From assembly GCA_964534445.1 (NCBI GenBank), contig CAZHOE010000001.1:38493-102492 (forward strand): 64,000 nucleotides of DNA. Direction: 5' to 3'. Positions 56,888-64,000 of the stretch are shown here, piece by piece (the stretch's first letter is position 1; the number at the start of each line of letters is the position of its first letter). The notes under the pieces are model-generated. The model ran no database searches and was not told the DNA's origin. It saw only the letters and a program-made list of their open reading frames with translations. The DNA comes from an uncultured Micavibrio sp. Lineage in GTDB: Bacteria > Pseudomonadota > Alphaproteobacteria > Micavibrionales > UBA2020. The position numbers and the translations under genes are program-made.

Positions 56888-58057
56888 TTAAATCCTAACC
56901 TTCTCCGGCACGATCGCTTTGGCGATTTTCTGGTTGTAGCTGGCGACTTCTTCTGCGGCAACGCCATTGGGCGGGGCGAGCATTTGCATGGGGGTGATGG
57001 TTTTTCCGTCGCCCTCTGCACGGTTGATCGCATTGGTCAGGCTGTATTGTACGATCTTGGCAAACTGGCTGAGGTTTTCATCATGCGTAATGTAATGCGG
57101 CAGTTCGTGATAGCTTTTGATCATCGTCCATGACGGAATGAGCGGCTTGATCTTTTCCTTCCACGTTTTACCGTCGCGCATGCGCCATTCAAATTTCTCG
57201 CGTGTCACGGCGGCAGAAATAAACGCGCTGGTGGCCGACAGTGCCTTGATATTCAAATTACGTGCAAAGCGGGCGAAAAGGGTTTTGAGCGGACGCCAGA
57301 TGCGGTTCTTGGCGCGGATGATGCGGTCATTGCTGGCGACAAGGTACAGCGTCGTAAAACGGTCTTTTTCCTTCGTCGGGCGCGACACGTTGCCGGTGGA
57401 AACCAGCGCGACCTCGTGCAGCACGTCGCGTGCCTGATCGGCCGTATAGCCGATTTTTTGCATCATTTTCATACTGGCGTTAAAACATTCCTGCGCCACA
57501 ATCGTCCCCGCGCTATAGGCAAAGAAAGTGATGTTGCGCAAATTCTTTTTGGCTTCGTCGGCGGGCAGGGGCGTGCCGGTCATCTGCCCGTTGCCGTCAA
57601 AACCGAAGTCCTTCGCGACCAGCGGCATGATCACGGCCTGCGCCAGATTCTGCGCGGGCTGGGAGGCGCGGCTGCCCGGCATGACGTTATAGGCCGCCAT
57701 GTTAAAAATATTCGCAAGACTGGTATGCGACCATGTGTAGAGATCCACGGGTTTGTCGGCATTGCGGATGCGGCGTGCTTCGGCAGGCGCAGGCGTGCTG
57801 CCGTCTGCGCCCATGGCCACAGGTTTCTGTTCCACTGCCGCATCATTGGCGGGCAGGTCATCATGGCCCGGGCGGTTGTGCATCATTTCTTCCAGACGCT
57901 TCAGCGCGCCGGCGATATAGCCGGGCTGGTCATCCGTTGTGAAATAGCCGGAGAGGAAAATAACGCTCGGCTTTTCGATGCGCAGATCCGTCAGGCTGAT
58001 GTCGTGCAGTTGTGATTTGCCGCTTGCATCGCGGGTACGTTGCCACAATTTGGCCAT
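56888..58057 (-). CDS. hypothetical protein, possible alpha/beta-hydrolase-like (389 aa)
   Basis: FFAYSAGT resembles a nucleophile elbow. Nothing else is recognisable. Confidence 0.5.
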   Translation of the reverse strand: MAKLWQRTRDASGKSQLHDISLTDLRIEKPSVIFLSGYFTTDDQPGYIAGALKRLEEMMHNRPGHDDLPANDAAVEQKPVAMGADGSTPAPAEARRIRNADKPVDLYTWSHTSLANIFNMAAYNVMPGSRASQPAQNLAQAVIMPLVAKDFGFDGNGQMTGTPLPADEAKKNLRNITFFAYSAGTIVAQECFNASMKMMQKIGYTADQARDVLHEVALVSTGNVSRPTKEKDRFTTLYLVASNDRIIRAKNRIWRPLKTLFARFARNLNIKALSATSAFISAAVTREKFEWRMRDGKTWKEKIKPLIPSWTMIKSYHELPHYITHDENLSQFAKIVQYSLTNAINRAEGDGKTITPMQMLAPPNGVAAEEVASYNQKIAKAIVPEKVRI

Positions 58058-58204
58058 GGTCTTGTCTCTTTAATCCGTTGCGTGAATGGCGGGACTATAG
58101 CCAATGCCGGCCGCGCGGTCAACCCGTTATGAAAATGTCATGAAACGGACTGAAACAGGCGGAAAATGCTGGCTTTCGGGGATCAAAATAGGTATATTCT
58201 TATT

Positions 58205-58279
58205 ATGATAAACGACGTGTCCCTTATCGCCTGCGTGGCGGCCTATAACGGCCAGAATTATTCCCCCCAAGGGGAATAA
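58205..58279 (+). other. 24-codon mini-ORF in the tyrS leader (speculative leader peptide)
   Basis: MINDVSLIACVAAYNGQNYSPQGE. Two TAT codons, the second inside the 5' arm of terminator 1. No SD. Confidence 0.2.
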
Positions 58280-58288
58280 CGTTTTTTT
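58258..58288 (+). terminator. intrinsic terminator 1 in the tyrS leader
   Basis: 9-bp stem TTATTCCCC/GGGGAATAA followed by CG and T7. Confidence 0.65.
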
Positions 58289-58308
58289 GTGCCTTTTGGC
58301 ACCTTTTT
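58289..58308 (+). terminator. intrinsic terminator-like hairpin 2 in the tyrS leader
   Basis: GTGCC-tttt-GGCAC followed by CTTTTT. Confidence 0.45.
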
Positions 58309-58363
58309 CATCATCAAATTCGGTTACAATATTCTCACGGGTTAAGGAGTGGGGCATAGCGCC

Positions 58364-60445
58364 ATGAGCGATCATATCAACGTCATTCTTAAACGGTTCG
58401 AGCGCACCTCGGACCAGTTTTTCTCCAAAGGCGAATTCCGCGCCAAGCTGCGGTCGGGCAAAAAGCTGCGCATCAAATACGGCGTGGATGTGACCGCGCC
58501 GACGCTGCACATCGGCCATGCGGTCAACCTGTGGCTGCTCCGCAGTTTGCAAAACATGGGGCACAAGGTGGTTTTCGTCATCGGCGATTTCACCACGCGC
58601 ATCGGCGATCCCGACGGGCGCATGGAAACGCGCCCCGTGATCCCGCAGGACGAGATCGAGCGCAACGCCGAAGAATTCATCAAACAGGCCAAGATGGTCT
58701 TGCGTTTTGATGATCCGGAGCTGCTGGAAATCCGCCGCAATTCCGAATGGCTGGATAAAATGCCGATGCAGGAGTTTATGAGCCTGCTGTCGATTGTGAC
58801 GCATAAACGCCTCTTGTCACGCGATATGTTCCAGCTGCGCATGGCGGCGGAGCAGGATATCTACATGCACGAGATTATATACCCCGTGCTGCAGGGCTAT
58901 GATTCCGTGGCGATTGAATCGGATCTGACGATTATCGGCTCCGACCAGTTGTTCAACGAAATGATGGGCCGCCTGTTTCAGGAACGCCTGGGGCAAAAAC
59001 CGCAAACGATCATCACCACCAAAATCACGGCGGGGATCGACGGCAAGCTGAAACAGTCCAAAAGCATCGGCAATTACATCGGCCTTGCCCATTCGCCGCG
59101 CGATAAATTCGGGCGGGTGATGAGCATCCCCGATGTGCTGATCGAGGAATACTTCCGCATCTACACCGACATCCCGCTCGACGAGATCGACCGGATGAAA
59201 GACCTGTTCAATCACAGCCCGCGGGAAGCCAAGCTGAAGCTCGCCTATGCCATCGTCGGCCGCTATCACGGGCACGATATTGCCGTGGCCGAGCGCGAAT
59301 GGTTCGAACATACGGTTTCCAAGGGGCTCGTGCCGGATGATATTCCGGAACTGGCCATTTTGAACCCGCGTCAGGAATTGCAGGAACTGGTCTTTCAGGC
59401 CCGTCCCGGCAAGAGCAAGAGCGATTCCCGCCGCCTGATCACACAGGGCGCGGTCGAAATCAACGGCGAGAAAAAGCAGGACCCCGAAGAAGAACTGGTT
59501 TTGCGCACCAACGACGTTTTGAAGGTCGGCAAGCGCAACTGGTTCCGTATCGAGATCGTGCATCTGAACGAGCTGGATACCGAACAGCTGTCGATGAAGC
59601 CCATGCGCGTCGAAGACGTGGACATGATCCAGCAGTTTTTGCCGGAATGGGAAATCGTCAAGCACCTGTCGCGGCCGATGCCGGCCAAGGTTATCAGCGA
59701 AGTCGCGCGCGATGTGTTCCGCCGTATCCTGATGCAGCCGGAGCCGAAGGATGACTGGCTGTGGAAAATCTCCGCCAAGCGTGATCCGGATAAAGTCATC
59801 GGCGTGGCGCACCTGCGCCGCGACGGCGATACCGCCAAGCAAAGCCTGTGGATCAACCCGGAGGAAAAAGGCAAGGGCTACGCCAAGGAAGCCATTGCCG
59901 CCGTCACCGTGCAGGCGTTCAATTCGCTGAGCTTTGATAAAATGATTTTCGAAGGCGCGCTGCCGCATGCCGGCGAGCCGCAGGAGCTGGAGATATTGAA
60001 AGAACACTTCATGTTCATGGAGGAAACCTTCCGCAACCGCGAAAATCCGGAAGGCATTTTCGGTTTCACCAAAGACGGGTGGGAGCGCATGAAGGAATGG
60101 TGGCTGAAGCACCGCCCCGATGCCAACCTGCCCAGCAAGCACCGCCGTAACGAAGCGCGTCTGGATAAAATCGAGGATGCACACGAAGAGCGTCTGGAAG
60201 ATATCATGGAACGCTTTGCCGCAAAACGCGAGGTAAAGAAGGAACTGGTGATCGAGGAGCATCTGGAACAAAAACAGGAAGTGATCGCGGAACTGACGAG
60301 CGAGAAAGCGGAGATCGAGGCGGAGCATGAAAAGAAAATGAGCTTTAATGACGCGATGGCCAAAACAGCCGCCCCGCCAAAACGCCCGCCGGTGAAGCTC
60401 AAACTGCCCCAGTTGCAAACGCCCAAACCGCGTGGAAAGACTTAA
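58364..60445 (+). CDS. tyrS: tyrosyl-tRNA synthetase fused to a GNAT-like domain and a charged C-terminal tail
   Basis: HIGH (TLHIGHA), KMSKS variant (KLKQSKS) and S4 domain (SRRLITQGAVEINGEK..WFRIEIV). From ~59566, a domain paralogous to the downstream GNATs (FLPEWEIVKHL, VIGVAHLRRD, KGKGYAKEA). From ~60110, an E/K-rich tail ending KRPPVKLKLPQLQTPKPRGKT. Confidence 0.85.
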   Translation: MSDHINVILKRFERTSDQFFSKGEFRAKLRSGKKLRIKYGVDVTAPTLHIGHAVNLWLLRSLQNMGHKVVFVIGDFTTRIGDPDGRMETRPVIPQDEIERNAEEFIKQAKMVLRFDDPELLEIRRNSEWLDKMPMQEFMSLLSIVTHKRLLSRDMFQLRMAAEQDIYMHEIIYPVLQGYDSVAIESDLTIIGSDQLFNEMMGRLFQERLGQKPQTIITTKITAGIDGKLKQSKSIGNYIGLAHSPRDKFGRVMSIPDVLIEEYFRIYTDIPLDEIDRMKDLFNHSPREAKLKLAYAIVGRYHGHDIAVAEREWFEHTVSKGLVPDDIPELAILNPRQELQELVFQARPGKSKSDSRRLITQGAVEINGEKKQDPEEELVLRTNDVLKVGKRNWFRIEIVHLNELDTEQLSMKPMRVEDVDMIQQFLPEWEIVKHLSRPMPAKVISEVARDVFRRILMQPEPKDDWLWKISAKRDPDKVIGVAHLRRDGDTAKQSLWINPEEKGKGYAKEAIAAVTVQAFNSLSFDKMIFEGALPHAGEPQELEILKEHFMFMEETFRNRENPEGIFGFTKDGWERMKEWWLKHRPDANLPSKHRRNEARLDKIEDAHEERLEDIMERFAAKREVKKELVIEEHLEQKQEVIAELTSEKAEIEAEHEKKMSFNDAMAKTAAPPKRPPVKLKLPQLQTPKPRGKT

Positions 60446-60450
60446 AAGCC

Positions 60451-61038
60451 ATGGCGGATTTGGAAACAGAGCGGCTGGTGCTGCGCCCGATTGTGCGGGC
60501 AGATGCAAAGGCGATCCAGAAACATTTCCCGCATTGGGAGATTGTGAAATATCTGACCAATGCCGTGCCGTGGCCGTATCCCGCCGACGGCGCGGAGAAA
60601 TACATGGATATATATTTGCCCAAGGTGGCGGCGGGTATCGACCATATCTGGGGCATACGGCTGAAGGCGCACCGGGATGATCCGGCGCGCGATGAAGTTA
60701 TCGGCCTTGTGCATTATCATGGCGCGGATCCTGCTGATCCCGCCGATGTGCCGACACGCGGTTTTTGGCTGGCGCAGGATTTTCACGGGCAGGGCTATAT
60801 GACGGAGGCTGTGTTTGCCGTCAATACCTATATCTTCGACGTGCTGGGCGTGGAAAGATTGATCATCAAAAACGCACGCGATAACAAGGGATCGCACCGC
60901 GTGAAGGCCAAAACGGGCGCCGTCTTGCTGGGTGTGGAATCTTCTACCGGTAAATACCTTGGCGATTTTAACGAGCAGGAAATATGGGAGCTGACGGCCG
61001 ATAACTTCCGTCGCGCCAGGGACGGCACCGGAACATGA
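60451..61038 (+). CDS. GNAT-family (RimJ/RimL-like) N-acetyltransferase
   Basis: ETERLVLRP..FPHWEIVKYL..WPYPADGA..QGQGYMTEA. Starts 6 nt after the tyrS stop. Confidence 0.85.
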   Translation: MADLETERLVLRPIVRADAKAIQKHFPHWEIVKYLTNAVPWPYPADGAEKYMDIYLPKVAAGIDHIWGIRLKAHRDDPARDEVIGLVHYHGADPADPADVPTRGFWLAQDFHGQGYMTEAVFAVNTYIFDVLGVERLIIKNARDNKGSHRVKAKTGAVLLGVESSTGKYLGDFNEQEIWELTADNFRRARDGTGT

Positions 61039-61589
61039 ACAAGCTGGATCGCATCGAAACGCAAAGGCTCATCCTGCGCCGCTGGCGGGAGACCGACCGC
61101 GCCCCCTTTGCCGCCATCAATGCCGACCCCAAGGTCATGGAATATTTCAAGACGCCGCTGACCCGCGCCGAAAGCGACAGCTTTATCGACCGTATGGAAG
61201 ACGTGTTCGAGCAAAACGGCTACAGCTTCTGGGCGGTGGAGGAAAAGATCAGCGGCAAGCTGCTCGGCCTTACCGGGCTTGCCCCTGTGATGTTCGATGC
61301 GCCGTTTACGCCGGCGGTAGAGATCGGCTGGCGCATCGCATCCGACAGCTGGGGCAAAGGCTATGCGCCGGAAGCTGCGCGTATGGCCTTCGATATCGGT
61401 TTTCGCTATCTTGATTTGCCGGAGATTGTATCCTTTACCGCCGTCATTAACCAAAAATCCCGCAGCGTGATGGAAAAACTGGGCATGACGCAGGATGTCG
61501 CCGGCAGCTTCGATCACCCGAACCTTCCCGAAGGCCACATGCTCCGCCCCCACGTCCTCTACCGCATGAAAACACCGGCGAAGCATTAG
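61035..61589 (+). CDS. GNAT-family N-acetyltransferase
   Basis: ETQRLILRRW..GWRIASDSWGKGYAPEAA. ATGA overlap with the upstream GNAT. Confidence 0.85.
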   Translation: MNKLDRIETQRLILRRWRETDRAPFAAINADPKVMEYFKTPLTRAESDSFIDRMEDVFEQNGYSFWAVEEKISGKLLGLTGLAPVMFDAPFTPAVEIGWRIASDSWGKGYAPEAARMAFDIGFRYLDLPEIVSFTAVINQKSRSVMEKLGMTQDVAGSFDHPNLPEGHMLRPHVLYRMKTPAKH

Positions 61590-61745
61590 AATCTATTTGA
61601 CAGAAGTCTGGAATAGCGGTACTTTCGTACCCTATCTGCCACTGCCGAAAGTAAAAGCCATGCGACGACCAAAAGGATTGTTTGTTTAACCGCCCGTGCC
61701 TGCACGCGGCTTGTCGCTTTTGCTTTTGTTTTAGGCTTCCCCCAT

Positions 61746-62546
61746 ATGAAACGGATTGAGACCGAACGGCTGGTTTTGCGGCCGCTTGCCATGGCAGACC
61801 ATGCTGCTATCCAAAAACATTTCCCGCATTGGGAAATTGTACAGCATTTATCCGGCCATGCCATCAAATGGCCGTATCCCGCCGATGGTGCGCAAAAATT
61901 TTTGCAAAACATCGCGCTGCCCGCCATGGCGCGCGGCGATGACTGGTATTTCGGCATCACCGAAAAGGGCGGGGATGGCGAGGTGATCGGCGTTGTGCAT
62001 TTGCGCCGTGATACGGCATCGGGCAATCGCGGCGTCTGGCTGGCATCGGCGTATCAGGGCAAGGGCTATATGAAGGAAGCCGTCGCGGCGCTCAACGATT
62101 ACGCCTTTGCCGAACTGGGGTTTGAAAAACTGGTTATCAAGAATGCGGAAGAAAACGTGGCCTCCCGCCGCCTGAAGGAAAAAACCGGCGCGCGGCTTTT
62201 GGAAACACGCCCCGCCAGCCACTACCTTGGCGGCTGCCCCGTGCAGGAGATTTGGGAGCTGACCGCCGCCGATTGGCATGCCTATCGCGCCGCACAAAAG
62301 CTGCTGGCGCAACAAAGCCAGCAAAAACAACCGCATCCGTGGCGTTTGCGCGATGCGGCGACAGTCTTGACGGCGCGGCCCGCAGTGCCTATACAGGGGC
62401 ATTGTCAGCCAAATGCCTATCGGGGGATCCGCCGCGCCTATGTCTTATCGGCGGCCTTTAAAAAATCCCGTACGCGTCCGCTGGTGTGCAAACCCTGTCC
62501 TGCCTATCAGGGTTTCAAACCGGTCAGGATGGCGCAGGCGGGCTGA
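61746..62546 (+). CDS. GNAT-family N-acetyltransferase with an atypical ~85-codon 3' extension
   Basis: ETERLVLRP..FPHWEIVQHL..WPYPADGA..VIGVVHLRRD..QGKGYMKEA. The tail after ~62290 is R/P/C/Q-rich and unlike a GNAT. Confidence 0.75.
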   Translation: MKRIETERLVLRPLAMADHAAIQKHFPHWEIVQHLSGHAIKWPYPADGAQKFLQNIALPAMARGDDWYFGITEKGGDGEVIGVVHLRRDTASGNRGVWLASAYQGKGYMKEAVAALNDYAFAELGFEKLVIKNAEENVASRRLKEKTGARLLETRPASHYLGGCPVQEIWELTAADWHAYRAAQKLLAQQSQQKQPHPWRLRDAATVLTARPAVPIQGHCQPNAYRGIRRAYVLSAAFKKSRTRPLVCKPCPAYQGFKPVRMAQAG

Positions 62547-62575
62547 AGGTTATAATCACGAACAGGAATTTTAAA

Positions 62576-63547
62576 ATGCCGTTTTACCGTGGAATTGCCC
62601 AAGAAGATATCGTCAAGTCTATCAACAATGCGATTGACCTGCTGGAAACGCACAGCACGGGCATCGAATGCAAAAAAATGCTGTCGCGTTTGACAACGGC
62701 GGGAGAGAACGGGCAATCCCCCCTTGAAATCATCGCCAAGGCGAAAGATGACAAAGCACTGACCGAAGCCGTCAGCGTATCGGGTGCGGCGGGCGTGTTT
62801 TCGCAATTACGTGATCTGCTGCAGTATCACGCCCATGCCGATACGGATGGCAAGGGCGGCGCGGTATATGACGGCCTTGCCGCATGGGACGGGATGAGCG
62901 CGGCGACCTTTGCCGTTTATACGCCGTTGAACGAAGAAATGGACAGCTGGCTGGCGGCTGCCTATGCCAAGCATATTCCCTTCACGGCTGAAAATACGCA
63001 AAAAATCACGCAGTTTCTGGATGCGCTGGGCGCCGAGCGCCGCTCGAGCCCCGATGCCATTCAAATGGCGAAAGACGGCGCGCTGATGTTTGTGGAGCAG
63101 GCGGCGCTGGGCGATGCAAAATCCATTCGTCAGTCCTTCAAGGAAATGGATCTGCATGAGCGCCATTTGATGACACTGGCGCTGCAGGTGCACTCCGGTC
63201 TTTTCGATGCGCCGCGCAAGGCACCGTCCGCGCTGTCGGGATACGGTATTCATCTGGGCGCACTGGCGGCTCAAGTCAATTTGCATGACCCGTCGGTCGA
63301 GGCGCTGCGTTTGAAAATGGATGAAGTTCTGGCACCGTTTTATGAAGCCGACGAAGTCACCCGAACCGGTCTTGGCATGATCACGGAAGATCGCAAGGAA
63401 GTCGGCATCATGTTCGTTGCCACCCGCCGCGCGGCGGAAGCGGTAGCCGCGGCCATGCCCGACCAGACCATTCTGGATTATAAAGGCCAGCGCGTGCTGC
63501 CGCCGGGTACGCCTGCGATGCCGAAAAACGGCGGGTTCAAGCTGTAA
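62576..63547 (+). CDS. hypothetical protein (323 aa)
   Basis: ORF starting at MPFYRGIAQ. No motif recognised. Confidence 0.55.
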   Translation: MPFYRGIAQEDIVKSINNAIDLLETHSTGIECKKMLSRLTTAGENGQSPLEIIAKAKDDKALTEAVSVSGAAGVFSQLRDLLQYHAHADTDGKGGAVYDGLAAWDGMSAATFAVYTPLNEEMDSWLAAAYAKHIPFTAENTQKITQFLDALGAERRSSPDAIQMAKDGALMFVEQAALGDAKSIRQSFKEMDLHERHLMTLALQVHSGLFDAPRKAPSALSGYGIHLGALAAQVNLHDPSVEALRLKMDEVLAPFYEADEVTRTGLGMITEDRKEVGIMFVATRRAAEAVAAAMPDQTILDYKGQRVLPPGTPAMPKNGGFKL

Positions 63548-63637
63548 AAAAAAAGCCGAAGATTACTTGACGATATGCGATGAGCCGCAGGCATCGGATG
63601 CCTTCGGATCATATTGCACCAGCACGTAATCGTTCAC

Positions 63638-64000
63638 CTACAACGTCGCCGTTTCCCCCATGTATTGGTGGAAAAAGCAGTTCATGTTGCTGTCCTTAAT
63701 ATAAAACTCGGTACGTGCATAAAGATTTTTTCGCTGGCTGCCGTCGGTCATCCGGTCGGTACGCGGCGCAATCGCGGTGACAATGCCGCGCACGGTGCGC
63801 CACTTCGGATCACTGTCATAAGGACCGACCGGCAGGTCATAGGCATGACGCGGATTTTTTAACTGCAATGTATCGGCAGGCTGAGAAACCGGCTGCGGCG
63901 GCGCGCCGTCAATGCCGCTTTCCTGCGGCATGTCAATCACGGACGTTGGCGGGGCAGGTGTGCCGGGTGCCGCTTCGGGATCATCGGATTGTGTTGCGGG
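63638..64000 (-). CDS. partial ORF, open to the window edge, Pro-rich linker plus C-terminal domain
   Basis: The reading frame stays open from 64000. It ends at a TAG (63638-63640) followed by 24 further in-frame sense codons. Confidence 0.4.
   Translation of the reverse strand, partial: PATQSDDPEAAPGTPAPPTSVIDMPQESGIDGAPPQPVSQPADTLQLKNPRHAYDLPVGPYDSDPKWRTVRGIVTAIAPRTDRMTDGSQRKNLYARTEFYIKDSNMNCFFHQYMGETATL

Noticed and set aside
58058-58363. T-box riboswitch upstream of tyrS.
   Set aside because: The conserved T-box sequence (AGGGUGGNACCGCG-like) and a specifier-loop architecture are not visible. The terminators are reported instead as an unclassified leader.
62400-62575. Hairpin-rich GC segment containing GGTCAGGA, considered as an SRP (4.5S) RNA or riboswitch.
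   Set aside because: It lacks the conserved GGUCCGGAAGGAAGCAGCC core of SRP RNA, and I recognised no other riboswitch consensus. It also lies inside an open reading frame.

Overview
The gene content looks alphaproteobacterial (DUF1489, PRC-barrel, EcfG-type GGAAC-N16-CGTT promoter, CtrA box). I found no rRNA, tRNA, CRISPR array, transposase or integrase. From left to right the window holds: two translationally coupled secreted pentapeptide-repeat proteins, one of them 1533 aa; an MscS channel; a persulfide-dioxygenase/rhodanese plus YeeE/YedE sulfur operon; a cluster of small stress-type proteins; a copper island (copB, multicopper oxidase, Cys-rich protein, csoR, P1B-ATPase) with a dual CsoR-like operator; a flagellar hook/filament cluster (flgL-K-E-D divergent from fliC-D-S) with a CtrA box; three ECF-sigma modules; a TetR regulator with an EF-hand protein; a SET-domain protein; a sugar cluster (dld, double-SIS, PIG-L deacetylase, long MurQ/GCKR-like protein); an ankyrin protein; a membrane C13/caspase-like peptidase; housekeeping genes (recQ, prmB, yjdM, cytidine-deaminase-like); two AT-rich insertions; and a tyrS gene fused in frame to a GNAT-like domain and followed by three standalone GNAT genes. 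The most unusual items are the TyrRS-GNAT fusion with its GNAT array and terminator-rich leader, the non-canonical MurNAc-type catabolic cluster, a conserved intergenic module present twice, and the set of eukaryote-like domain proteins. All functional calls rest on motif recognition by eye, with no database search.
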